From: Glycera tridactyla
Taxonomy: Eukaryota
Assembly: GCA_965644265.1 (NCBI GenBank)
Contig: OZ286476.1
Location: 20,212,001-20,276,000, forward strand
DNA length: 64,000 bases
Direction: 5' to 3'
This document shows, piece by piece, positions 40,611 to 52,633 of the stretch. The translations under genes were made by a program, and so were the position numbers. Below the pieces are notes generated by a model. It saw only the letters and a list, made by a program, of their open reading frames with translations. It had not been told where the DNA came from and ran no database searches. Every line of letters starts with the position of its first letter. Position 1 is the stretch's first letter.

Positions 40611-41656
40611 GTCAGTCTTGTGAAATATTTGCCTGTAGAATTTAAGACTGGCATATTTCTCACTGTGTTGCTACAATTCTTAATTTTCCAATTCTTTCAT
40701 TCATAGGGCTTTCAATAGTTAGTGCTTCCAATTGATATATGTTTAGTAAGGTTGGATTCTATTGTGCCAGCCACTTCTTGGCCAAGTGGTTCTTCATAGG
40801 CATAGTTCGTTCTTTCATAGCTGTTATTGTATGTTTTACAATGCTTTTGTTCATTTTCAATGTGCACTGATTTCTTCTTGTCCAATCAGTGCATTAGGTT
40901 TCATATGCAGCTATTTATCTTTTGTTTCTTTATGCAATCAATAGGATCTTTGTTTTACGGGAATAAAATTGTGAGAGCCTGTATGAGCATTCTGCTTATG
41001 GAATGTATGTCGGCTTGTTTTTTAATGCTATTATCAACCAAGTACCCTATGACATTTTGTTTAAGACAAGGATAACATGACCCTTCAAATGGTTGTGAAA
41101 TTGGTAAATCTCGTCAGCCATTTGCTGGACATTGCTTTGTTTAAGGATCGTTATTTCTTTGATATTGTCCATACTGCTCATCTTTGACTGCTTTGTATTG
41201 ACCAAGAATACCTGTATTCTGGGTTTGCTCTCTATGGGCATTTCATTACTACAGTGCATTGCAGCTCCTTGAGATATGAAATGTCATCCACATCCCACCA
41301 GTGATATTTCAAATTGAACAGTATAATGTCTAGCCTCGAAAACAATTTATTGCCTCATTCGATGTATGGGATGAAGGTTTCTTTTAGAATATGTTTGAAT
41401 GTGCACTGCTCAATCCGTGCTATAACTTGTAATGAGAACCATTTCACGTCAGTAACTGACTGTCGGTGAAATAGTTGAAGCCATTTTTGTTGTAGTAACC
41501 AGAAATCACCATTAGCTTTAATGAATTGTTTTGGACTTTGGGGATTCATGGTGAGTGGTGGAACACTAGTGAACATGGGGACATCGAGTATTCGCATGTA
41601 GTGAATATCTTTTCCATTTCAATGAAGTATCATATTGTTTTTTTCCCATCATTCAG

Positions 41657-41905
41657 AAAAACAAGTGGAGAGATCACCCACACCTTGTAGTTCATCATCT
41701 GAATCTGAAGATGTAGAAAGCGAGGGTAGAGAGCCTAGCCCAGTTGTGGTATCAGTTATTCGAGAAGATGCTCCATTGGCTCAGCATCCACTATTTTCCA
41801 AGGAAGGTTCTCAAGATGAACCAGCATTAGACGATGCTAAGTTGGAGCCAGATATTTCTCCAGAGATTATCGATGTTGGCACAACAGGCAAAGCACCTGC
41901 GCCAG
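41657..41905 (+). CDS. Acidic linker exon (EKQVERSPTP...KAPAP), 249 nt
   Basis: attcag acceptor, G|gtcagt donor, length a multiple of 3, E/S/P-rich. Confidence 0.82.
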
Positions 41906-42650
41906 GTCAGTCTTGTCATAATGTCCTATTTAAGATACTGTTAGGTGCCCTTGCACATACCTTGATTCCCTTACACCTGAATATCCTTTCCTTTTGTTCT
42001 GTTTATCTTGACTTCAATGAACATTTCAATTTGACTACCAGATATTACTTTATCAGAAATGACACCTTGAGTGTAGGTGACTTTGATAAATTTTCACCCT
42101 CTGTTGAAAGGAGGAGTTTTACATGAATCTTCTATAGCATATCATTAAGCCTATTCAACTGGCTGCTTTCATTGAGTACGCCCCAGGTGTTGAGTCTTTT
42201 TTGTATTCGGGTCGTACTTAGCACATTTTCGTTGAGTACGAATCTCAACGGTCATTCGACTATGTTGAACTCATTGAACGAAACCTATTTGGGTGGGCTA
42301 CAACCATTGAGTACATTTCCGCCAATGCACAGTCAAAGAGACTTACCAGTCGGATAGAGCCATTGTTGACTTTTCACGCCTATGACTCTCATGGAACATT
42401 TTATAACCTAATTAGACATATTAGAGGAATCAGTACTTCTTTTCGGATGTGCCACAATTTGTTTCCGGGTCTTGATCTTGAACAGATAGTTTCCAGTGCA
42501 TGGTCATGATTAGTTTGTGAGAACATATACTCTTCCAATGAAATATTGATTTATCAGCTGATGAAGTTATGCCAAATTTTACCTGTCCATGTAGATGATG
42601 TGAAATATCACTTCAGTTGATTGTCACATTGGATGGTCTCATTGATCCAG

Positions 42651-42848
42651 ATGAGAAGCCAAGGCCATCATTATCACCTGAGGAGAGTGAAGTGGAGTCA
42701 GAAAGTGAGGTTTCAGAGGCAGAAGAGCCTGGTGTTCCTCAGTTGACTCAGGAAGACTTTCCTACAGTCGATGCGAAGACAGATACCGTAGATGATATCC
42801 CACCAGAAATTGTTCTTGATAAAACTGCACAAGATGCCCCTGTGACAG
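42651..42848 (+). CDS. Acidic linker exon (DEKPRPSLSP...DAPVT), 198 nt
   Basis: gatccag acceptor, G|gttggt donor, length a multiple of 3; similar to 41657 exon. Confidence 0.78.
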
Positions 42849-42872
42849 GTTGGTTCATCATTAATGTCTAGG

Positions 42873-43170
42873 ATAAGTGTTAGTTAGCATTGTCATGTTT
42901 GTCCTGAGGTTCTTAACCCTTGTTCCAGTGCTGCCTGTAATTTCTTTTCCGCTCTATGAGTTCTCAACTTCATCTTGGTCTAAGTCGAGAATGTGAATGT
43001 TATATCCCCCATGCCATGGTTCACGATATAAGTGTTAGTTAGTATTGTCATGTTTGTCCTGAGGTTCTTGACCCTTGTTCCAGTGCTACCTGTAATTTCT
43101 TTTCTGCTCTGAGAGTTCTCAACTTCATCTTGGTCTAAGTTGAGAATGTGAATGTTATATCCTCCATGCC
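42873..43170 (+). repeat. Intronic tandem duplication, period 155 bp
   Basis: ataagtgttagttag...ccatgcc at 42873 and 43028. Confidence 0.9.
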
Positions 43171-43949
43171 AAGGCTGATTTCCTTAGTTTTTGTCAGTGT
43201 TTATGTTGCAGATAGCATAAGGTAACAGTGGTCTGTTCTTCATGATTGGAGAATAATAATTGTTTATAATCCTCACCCGTGCTTGGCATTCAACAATGGG
43301 AGTTGTATGCCTAGTCTAATTAAGAATTTTAGCCTTCTGTTTTGGTTCAGTCTGAAAACAATCAGTGATTGCTTTGCTGGTGACCAGTTTGCAGACTGTT
43401 GAAATGCATATATTGATGTGCAATCACATGTTGACAAGTGAGGCATTAACTATTGTATGCTGTTGCTTGGTTGCTGAGTCGGTTCCTGCCTGGTTGATCT
43501 GTGTTGATTGTCCTGACTTCTCAATCTCAACAAGGAGTTATCAGGAGAAGATGACACTGATTCGTGCCCATTATCGTTGTGAAATATGCTTCAAGTTTTG
43601 TTTGTATCCAATGCCATTCATTTCAGATGTTCTTGCATTTATTTCATGTTGTTCTTGCTTGCTATGTTCTCAGTAGTTTTAGCATTTACTGCCTGTTTCA
43701 TCCATGTTGTTTGCATCAATTGATTTCTTATGAGGTCTTCATCATCATGTGTATTTATATGTCCTTCATATATGACAAACACTTTGACTCGAAAATTCTT
43801 CTTTCAATGCCCTGTCAGAAATATTCCGTATCATGGGATATACTGCCTCATTTTCACTGAAGTAGTTGCTGCTTTTGTTTGGGCTGTGAAATTGACTTGT
43901 GAAGTTTTCTTCATGACCTACCCTACTTCAGGTAATTTTGTGGGTAGAT

Positions 43950-43966
43950 AGATATACATACATATA

Positions 43967-43999
<33 letters not shown>

Positions 44000-44000
44000 T
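43950..44000 (+). repeat. (TA)n imperfect microsatellite (another near 52600-52633)
   Basis: Direct reading. Confidence 0.9.
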
Positions 44001-44344
44001 CCATAGGTATTGTCTCTGATCTAATGGATGCTGAGGGAATCTGTCTGACATTCATGTGTGAATATATTATGACAAGAAATACACAGGGGCCCAATACCAT
44101 GCCTAATGCACACTCTGTAGTGTCAATTTAACTCACCATATAGGCAGTTATTCAACATTCAATTGAAAGAAAGAATCTATATCAAGAGGACCTGCCCCAA
44201 CCACATCGTTGGATAGTATTCACGGATATCGTGACCACATTGGTTTTATGCTGAGATTGGTACATGGATTGGTACACCCTGTCATGGATAATTTCCATTA
44301 TTTTGATCTTTTGAGAGATTATGATTGCTCTATCTCATTTTCAG

Positions 44345-44614
44345 AAGAACCGGTCACATTCAAGACCCCATTAAGTGATGTCAGCTCACCTGAAGGTGAA
44401 ACTGCAACTCTGGAATGTGAGGTCTCTAAGCCAGGACAGACTGTTCAATGGTTCAGGAATGGGAAAAAGATTCCCAAATCTGACAAACGTGCCTCGATCT
44501 CCGTCGATGGTACAAAGCATAAGTTGACCTTCAAGGATGCCAAAGTTGATGACGGTGCTGAATTCACTGCCAAAGTAGCAGATGCTGAAACCACTGGCAA
44601 ACTCACTGTCTCAG
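44345..44614 (+). CDS. Ig exon (EEPVTFKTPL...KLTVS), 270 nt
   Basis: tttcag acceptor, G|gtcagt donor. Confidence 0.92.
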
Positions 44615-45257
44615 GTCAGTGAAAGAATGCAGTTGTAGTAGATTGATACTTGTTAGTTTGTGCTTGACATAGCTTCTAATACATGTAAGCACTTACACTG
44701 TTATAATGCCCATATATACACCTGCAGTTTTGATGTATTTTACCTACAGTCAAAGAAACTTGTTTTGAAGCTCTCAGTATGCTAAGATCAGATGCTAGTA
44801 GATCTAAAGTATTTGTATATGATCTCTCTGGCTTTCTCCCTGGTTCTTATCTCATCATCTTCCATTGGGGACCTGGGAGGGCGAGTCTTGAAAGATCCTA
44901 CCCATGCCCATTGCAGAGCCATTACAATAGAGCATATATGGAGCTGACCAGAGCCAACCAACCGACCAGTCTCTTACTTTAAAGTATGTCTTTTTCTGTT
45001 CCTTGTACACGGTCACGTTTTTAACATATAATATGGACGATAGTAAGAATTGCCTCATTCTTCAGCATCAATTTCTTTTTAAACACTAGGGTGTTACATA
45101 CACTCATACAAATATATTGTCCTATGTACAAAAAATTAAAGGGCTGTGGAGCTTTGTGTTCTGTTTACTGGAATGAAAATGCTGCTTGGTGTTTCCTTTT
45201 GTGAAACTTTAATGAATCATAGAGTGATACATGTATCTTTTCCTCACCCCTTTGCAG

Positions 45258-45527
45258 AAGAGCCAGTCACATTCAAGACACCTCTGAGTGATATTACTTC
45301 CCCAGAGGGGGAAACAGTCACCCTGGAATGTGAGGTCTCTAAGCCGGGACAGACTGTTGAATGGTTCAGAAATGGGAAAAAGATTCCCAAATCTGACAAA
45401 CGTGCTTCTATCTCTGATGATGGTACGAAGCACAAGTTGACCATCAAGGATGCCAAGGTCGATGACGGTGCTGAATACACTGCCAAAGTAGCAGATGCTT
45501 CAACTACTGGCAAACTCACTGTCTCAG
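45258..45527 (+). CDS. Ig exon, close paralog of 44345 exon, 270 nt
   Basis: ttgcag acceptor, G|gtcagt donor. Confidence 0.92.
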
Positions 45528-46756
45528 GTCAGTCAGTGACCGGAATGGTTCAGAATAGTTGAACGTAGTTCAGAATAGTCAAATTAGTTGCTTTCTGTTT
45601 GTTGCTTTGCTGACTGTTCGAAAGGACCTATTATCCCAAATAATCAGGAGCTGATTATTTGTTCCGTCATTCTGCAGTTCCAAAGAAATACTCTGTTCAA
45701 TGATGTAAATAAGGAATTTTGTCACTTTGTTGAGTTTTGTAATGCTTTGTTCTTGAATGATTGTTTGCCAAGTGCTTGCATTCCTTTGGCAATATGATGA
45801 AAAACAAGCAAATTGTCTCCGCTGTTCAAAATGTTTATTCACATTCATTCTTTTCTGGTTTCAAATAGTCTTTTAAGTATGTTGTCCTTTTGCTTCCATG
45901 AGCATGTAATGCTATCTATTCAATGTGTAGATAGTTTGTCTAGTTTTGGGTTTGATAGTCCCAGCCATCACTGATGACTATGTTACTCAGACTGTACAGT
46001 ACGTGGCTGGTTGTATTCATAGTCTATCTAATTGTTGGTTATTAGATACTGCTTTTTCAGAGTATTTTGTTTGCATGCCAACTGTCTTAAACTCAGTTGC
46101 ATAGCTGAAAGTGTTTCATCAGATCTGTCATTTCTTTGAATAAATTATACATGTGCAGTTCCTGAAAGTTATTTTTCATGCTGAATATCTTAGGAATTGT
46201 TTTTTATGTCAAATATCTCTCCAGTTCCATTTCTGTCGACACTCTTGCCACTTATCTGATCACAAAACTATGTTAACAAGAATATACCAATATATTGCTG
46301 TACCCTATTGTTCTATTTCCACGTTCAAAAACTGTATCCCTTTCGTCTTATGTACACAACATTGCTTTATGAGAGTACCAGGTATTTTGACATGTGAATT
46401 GCAGTTTACTTACTAGACAAATATTTCCTTATTTGTCTGATATATTGTATATATCGTTGTTTGAAGAAGGGGCTCTGAATGTATGGATTGCAATGTATGA
46501 AAGTGAAGGAGAGATGTATTATTTCTAATTCATTCCAACAAATCCTACCAATATCTGATCACGGTGAATTGTATTCAACTTTCCCCATTTCCAGCAGTTA
46601 TGATATACTTCAATAAAGTACATGTGGTTTTACTTCAAACCTAAGACCTTTCTTTATCTGAGTGTACCTGCAATCTATTCTCATAATGGATTCCTTAGAT
46701 TGTTCTTCTCTTCTCCCGATTCTCACCCAACCATCCTGTGTGTTCCTATCTTGTAG

Positions 46757-47026
46757 AAGAACCCATCAAATTCACCTCTCCACTCGAGGATGTCAAAACC
46801 CCAGAGGGTGAAACTGTGACCCTGGAATGTGAGGTATCAAAACCAGGACAGGTTGTGGAGTGGTTCAGAAATGGGAAGAAGATTCCCAAATCTGACAAAC
46901 GAGCTTCAATCTCAGTCGACGGTACCAAGCATAGACTGACAATCAAGGACAGCAAAGTCGACGATAGTGCAGAATTCACTGCCAAGGTTGGCAAGGACAG
47001 CACTGCTGGAAAACTCATTGTAGAAG
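46757..47026 (+). CDS. Ig exon (EEPIKF...KLIVE), 270 nt
   Basis: ttgtag acceptor, G|gtatgc donor. Confidence 0.92.
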
Positions 47027-47111
47027 GTATGCTGTTTTCCAGGCATGACAGCTGAATTAATAGTAGTTTACAGTGCTTGTATAGAATAGAAATGATATAT
47101 TTTCAGAGGTA

Positions 47112-47273
47112 CAGTTAAACCTGCGATGAGAGACCCCTGAGGAAAGACCACCTTTGATGGGAGTCAGCCTTTCAGGGCAATAGTCTTATTTGACCACCTC
47201 TAACGAGAGACCACCTCTTGAGAGACCACTTTTTTGTGACAATCAGGGCAGTCTCTCATTGCAGGTTTCACTG
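47112..47273. mobile_element. TA-flanked MITE, same superfamily
   Basis: TA|cagttaaacctgcgatgagagac ... gtctctcattgcaggtttcactg|TA; 23-bp TIR with 2 mismatches. Confidence 0.8.
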
Positions 47274-47730
47274 TATGCATACATTTTGAGATTATTCTAC
47301 CAACTTTTGCAGGCAGGAATATGGTGTCCAACCAGCCTAGTTTCATCATTGCCTGGACTTTTTGATTTTGACTGGTTATAGGTATAGGTGTGTATAGGGG
47401 GGGGGGGGGGTAGAATTATTTCAGCTATTCATTTTCAACTTTTTCTGAGTCAGTACCATTTTCCCATTCAGTTATATTGGCTCATTCTCTTCACTCCTGT
47501 ACCCATAGGACGAGGAGCTCTTATTCACTAGATCAGAAATACCACCATTGTTTCCCCACTTGTGTGTCCAGACATACACTTCTTGAAAATGTTTCATGGA
47601 AACTTCTGTGTCAGATCGAATCAATTACTCTAGAACATTCTATATAATTGAAATGCAACATGACTTCTCTTATGCTATGTGATATGTTTATAATGTGTGC
47701 TCACCTTCAACCTGTTTGTTGACCTTGTAG

Positions 47731-48000
47731 AAGTACCCATCACCTTCACCACCCCTCTCAAGGACGTGTCTGTGCAGGAAGGAGAAACAGTGACCTTGGA
47801 ATGTGAGGTGTCTAAGCCTGGTCAGCAGGTCACCTGGTTCAGAGATGGCAAAAAGATCTTGAAAACAGACAAACGTGCTGTTATTAAGGTCGATGGAACC
47901 AAACATACTCTGACCGTCAAAGATTCCAAAGTCCCTGATTCTGCTGAGTTTTCTGCAACAGTTGCAAAGGACAAGACTGTTGGGAAGTTGACAGTGACAG
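47731..48000 (+). CDS. Ig exon (EVPITF...KLTVT), paralog of exon D, 270 nt
   Basis: ttgtag acceptor, G|gtgtgt donor. Confidence 0.92.
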
Positions 48001-48297
48001 GTGTGTCTTCTGTTGTTACCAGCATGCTTGTTTCATTTCCGTCCCCCCGTAAAGTATCTTACACTCATTCTCGACATCCTGTGCATATTCTCTCTCATGT
48101 GATGGGTCTCTTGTCTTATAGCCTATTAATGAATTTTCATTCCATTATTCTTTCATTCAAGTAGAATGCTCCTTATCAGTCTATTTCTAAGTTGAGGTCA
48201 TTTCTGATAAGGGTGTCTTGGTCATTGAACTCTAGTTGACTAGTGAAGATGTTTTTTCACCATTTGTTAATGAGATTATCTGTATGTAATATAATAG

Positions 48298-48442
48298 CAG
48301 TGACGGATGCAGAACTTTCCAAAAGGGGGGCACCAAACATGCCAGAGTGGAGGGGAGGGGGTTGATGAAAAATGAATAAAAGAGTATGGTCTGGCTGAAG
48401 GGGGGGACATGCGCCATGTGCCACCCCCTGTATCCACCACTG
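48298..48442. mobile_element. MITE-like element with cagtg ends
   Basis: cagtgacggatgcag ... ctgtatccaccactg imperfect 15-bp TIR, GC-rich body; no TSD identified. Confidence 0.6.
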
Positions 48443-48612
48443 GAATGGGGACAGTGGTAGGACAAGTCACTTTCCATAGATAAGAAGCTGATCATGTTAG
48501 AGTAAACTTGCTAGTCTATATCATATCCTGAGTAGTGATCATCCTTGAAATCTCATTCAGATGAATACGCTGTCTAGACATCACTCCCATCATCTATTCT
48601 TCCATATTTTAG

Positions 48613-48882
48613 AAGAACCAGTTGCTTTCAAAACACCTTTGAAGGATGTGACCGTTCCTGAAGGTGAGGATGTAACGCTGGAATGTGAGACCACAAAGCC
48701 AGGCCAGACAGTTGAATGGTTACGTGATGGCAAGAAGATTCCCAAAACTGATAAACGGGCTTCCATCTCGGTTGATGATACCGTGCACAGGTTGACCTTG
48801 AAAGATGCCAAGGTCGACGATGGAGCTGAATTTACTGCCAAACTCAAAGATGCCAGCACCAGTGGAAAACTCACTGTGGAAG
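48613..48882 (+). CDS. Ig exon (EEPVAF...KLTVE), 270 nt
   Basis: ttttag acceptor, G|gtgtgt donor. Confidence 0.92.
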
Positions 48883-49294
48883 GTGTGTTGTGGTGATAAA
48901 GCATTCCTAATAAACCCGAATGATTAATAATCAGGATGCCATTCGTATCTATTCCTGACTTAAAGTTTCTATATCTCTTGGGAGATTTCATCTCATCGGC
49001 ACGAAGAATAGCAGTTAATAAAGACTGAATGATGATTCAGATAGCAGTTAATTTGACAGAGATAATCATAGACATATATAGCCAGAGATGATATTTTTGG
49101 CAGATAGTTTTTTGGATGACATTTACCAGTTCATTTATCATCTATATGACCTGTCATCTTTTCAATCAATATTAGAATAATGAGATCATTATGATCTTTG
49201 AAAATATATGCTTTAATCTTTGTGACAGTATGGGTATTCTCCATAATTGCCATGGAAGGGATTACATTCAAGGATGCTTTATTCATTTTTCTAG

Positions 49295-49564
49295 AAGCCC
49301 CAGTGACTTTCATTAGACCACTTGAGGATGTCACCACGACTGAGGATCAGACAGCCACCTTTGAGTGTGAGGTGTCAAAACCAGGCCAACAAGTAACCTG
49401 GTTCAAAAATGGGAAGGAGATAACTAAACCCGATAAGAACATGAAAATCTCACGTGACGGTGCGGTTCACCGCCTCACGATCACAAACACTTCACCCTCT
49501 GATGCCGCTGAATTCACAGCAACTGTTGCTGATGACAAAACTGATGGCAAACTCAAAGTAGAAG
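49295..49564 (+). CDS. Ig exon (EAPVTFIRPL...KLKVE), 270 nt
   Basis: ttctag acceptor, G|gtgcgt donor. Confidence 0.92.
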
Positions 49565-49746
49565 GTGCGTTGGCATGTACACGGTTCAAAGTATCAATGC
49601 ACATGCTGCTTTGTTGATGTGCATTCAGTATTTTGACTGTGGGGTAGTTTATCGTAGACGATATTTAAGATTTTGGGGTATTCTCATTGAGCAGTTACAG
49701 CTTCAGCTTCGATGAAGTCGTTTTCAGCTTAGTTACGGTAATTACA

Positions 49747-49865
49747 CTACTAGAGAATGTTTGCTGCCATTTTCTTTTTACTCTCTATGCCTACTAGAGA
49801 ATGTTTGCTGCCATTTTCTTTTTACTCTCTATGCCTACTAGAGAATGTTTGCTGCCATTTTCTTT
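49747..49865 (+). repeat. 44-bp minisatellite, about 2.7 copies
   Basis: ctactagagaatgtttgctgccattttct starts at 49747, 49791, 49835. Confidence 0.9.
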
Positions 49866-50675
49866 CTCTCTCGAGCTTTTCTGTTATCTCAAGCTCACTC
49901 ATCTTCTTTGCTTTACAATAAGTATTTCAGCATTGACCATCATCCGTCCAGAGCCGTCACTTACAAGGTGTCCAGTTGCTGTTAACATTCACCAAAACTC
50001 ACAAACATTTAGTAATTAAATGGAACTCCCTATATCCTTTCTGTCACACGACACACAATGAATTCTTTGATGGGATTTGGTGAATGTTTTGTCTATTCTT
50101 TCAACTGGACGACCTGCAGGAGATGGGCATGGACTGGGGATGATGTAATACACATTTCTTCATTGTTCTCTTAATCACTTCATTGATTCTCACCATGAAG
50201 CATGTATGTTTATGCATTGTTGAAGCAGAATGTTGATAGATAAGAGTTACAGCTTCATGTTATTGTTCATTGAATGTAACGCTTTTTAGTTCGTCATCAG
50301 CTTCAAATCTATTTTGGAGGGGTATGTTCTCCAATTCTTGTTTTCTTCAGCTTTATCATCGTTCATATCTTAGTTTTCTGGATCACAACATTCTATCTTT
50401 GGTGTCTTCTGTCATGATTGTAGCTTGTATTATTGCTGTTTCTCAGAAACATTTAGAGATATGTTCTAACATATCATTTGTCGGAGAAAATTTCTTGATT
50501 CCATCCCACTGTATCCCTGTCATTCATTGTTTCATTTCATTAAAATTTTGCTGATCTGACATTTACCACTCATGATCCTATTTAGAGATATTGTTTTTTG
50601 TTGAAAATATTTTATTTTTATTTTTCGAGTTATAGTGTTTCCTTGTTTTACGATAAGTATCTTATGTTTTTTCAG

Positions 50676-50957
50676 CAAGACATAGCTCATCCAGACGTTC
50701 ATTCACAAAAGGGTTGCCTCAGCGTACATTCTCCAGGGGTGGGGGTGTAGCCGTCTTACGGGTTGAGGTCAGTGATCCGGACATTCCCGTAGTCTGGTTC
50801 AAGGATGGTACTCCGATCACACATGGGGGTCAATATGAACTGAAGGACGAACACACACTTCATACCTTTAGCATCATTGATGTCACTCCTGCTGACGGTG
50901 GCGAGTACATGGCTAAAGCTGCTGATGACGTCACAATGACGACATTAGTGGTTGAAG
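50676..50957 (+). CDS. Atypical Ig exon (ARHSSSRRSFTKGLPQR...TLVVE), 282 nt, no B-strand Cys
   Basis: ttttttcag phase-1 acceptor, G|gtatga donor, WFKDG and D-x-G-E-Y motifs. Confidence 0.8.
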
Positions 50958-52600
50958 GTATGACGTCATCTGGTTATTCTGTATATGGCATCGTGGGCAG
51001 ACGAATGGTAGATGTTTGTACCCATAGTACACTATTCATAGCCGGTGATGGATGTATTATATATATATACTGGTTATGATCGCCAATTATCCCATTTGTA
51101 TCATATTCCGTAGCATTCCATCAGCCATATGAGCAAATATCTTATGAAATGTATCCTTATGATTTGAAGAATATAAACATCATATAAAGCTGTCATGCTG
51201 CTCTGGCTGTTTTTATCACGAGCAAGAATGAGCGAGAACAATTTTCAATTTATCACATAAAGGTTGCAGAAGATGATATAGTTGGCAACTGCAGCAGGCT
51301 CTATAGCTCTAGTAGCACTAACGATGATGATAATGATAATAACAATGGTAATAGTAATATTCAGGAGGTTATTTCCCATGCACAGGTCTTGAAAGCCTTT
51401 TCTGGTGTCATGTGCTTTCTGACCATGAAATATTAAGATCCATATCTTCTCGAACAATTGGTAATTTTTCTTCCGTAATCACATGGAGGTTGTATCTCCT
51501 CATATCTATTGTCATGACATTCATCTCAAATTGCGGAAATCATTTTTATCTGCAGCTTACTGGATATTTCAAATTGGTAATATAGAATAAATGTTTCCCA
51601 TATGATTAGTGGGCAAATGGGAGCACTTCCCATGTGTTGAGGCCTTGGCATGGTATCTATACAAGGTGGCAGCTCAACATCAAATGTGAGTGAATTTTCC
51701 CATCTATGTTGTTGCCAGTAAAAGCACAACCTACTCAAGTAATATATTCCTAGTTTTTGTTTTTCAAACACACCATAAGCATTCATTCAGCATGGGTATC
51801 CCATTAGTTAGTCACTTATTTACAGATCATCTCTATTTTGTTGGACCAGTGGTTCTGAGAGATTGCATTAGCGATGAATATAGTCATTTCAATAGAATAG
51901 CACTGTCTTGGTCCAGTATTTGTCTTGGTTCTTGTGCATATATGTTGCATTCAAATCATTCCTTGCCATGTCATTGGGATGACCTTTAGATATGTCTTGT
52001 GGTCGCATTAGTGAGTGTGTTGTCTTGATTAGTTATAGTTTGATAGACTAGTGATTGTCGGTTAGGGTGTAAACTACCTCACACATGGGAGTGACCTTTT
52101 TCCTGGAGTTTCATCGGGCTGAGTGTATGTCAGATATCAAATGCTAAATGCTGATTTTTACATCCTTCCAACTGATATACGCCTTTTATCACATCATATT
52201 CCTCTTCTTTCTTGGGACATAGGGTGTCTTCTAATCAGATATGCATTTTACTGTCTTGCAAACTTCAAAATATGATGTCCTTAGTTTCATCATTCAATGG
52301 CTGTACTATCTATTCCGATGTTCCAATGATATCACAGTTATTGCTTCTGTAATTTAATGCATTTTCAAAGATACTTTTACTTTCAATTTTTTTCTATGTT
52401 GCTTTATAGAACTGTTTATGTAACAGTGAGAAAGACATTAGCATCTTCTTTATTGGAGTGAAGCATAACCGGATCCACTATAACACTGCCTCACATCTCT
52501 ACCAAATACTTATATCATTGGGAAATTGATATGTGTGGGGTATGAAGTGTAGATATCTTGTGTATTGTGCACTTCCTCTCAGTTGCATTATGGGTAGTAT

Positions 52601-52633
<33 letters not shown>

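Noticed and set aside
43212-43221. 10-nt micro-exon candidate (ttgcag|ATAGCATAAG|gtaaca)
   Set aside because: Frame-shifting length and no other support; likely chance
43533-43575. Acidic ELSGEDDTDS stretch after caacaag
   Set aside because: Phase-0 acceptor, upstream in-frame stop and no convincing donor
3865-49337. Many minus-strand ORFs overlapping Ig exons (e.g. MAVNSAVS..., MGFSTT...)
   Set aside because: Antisense shadows of the repeated Ig codons; they recur only where the + strand exons are and have no independent splice or domain signal
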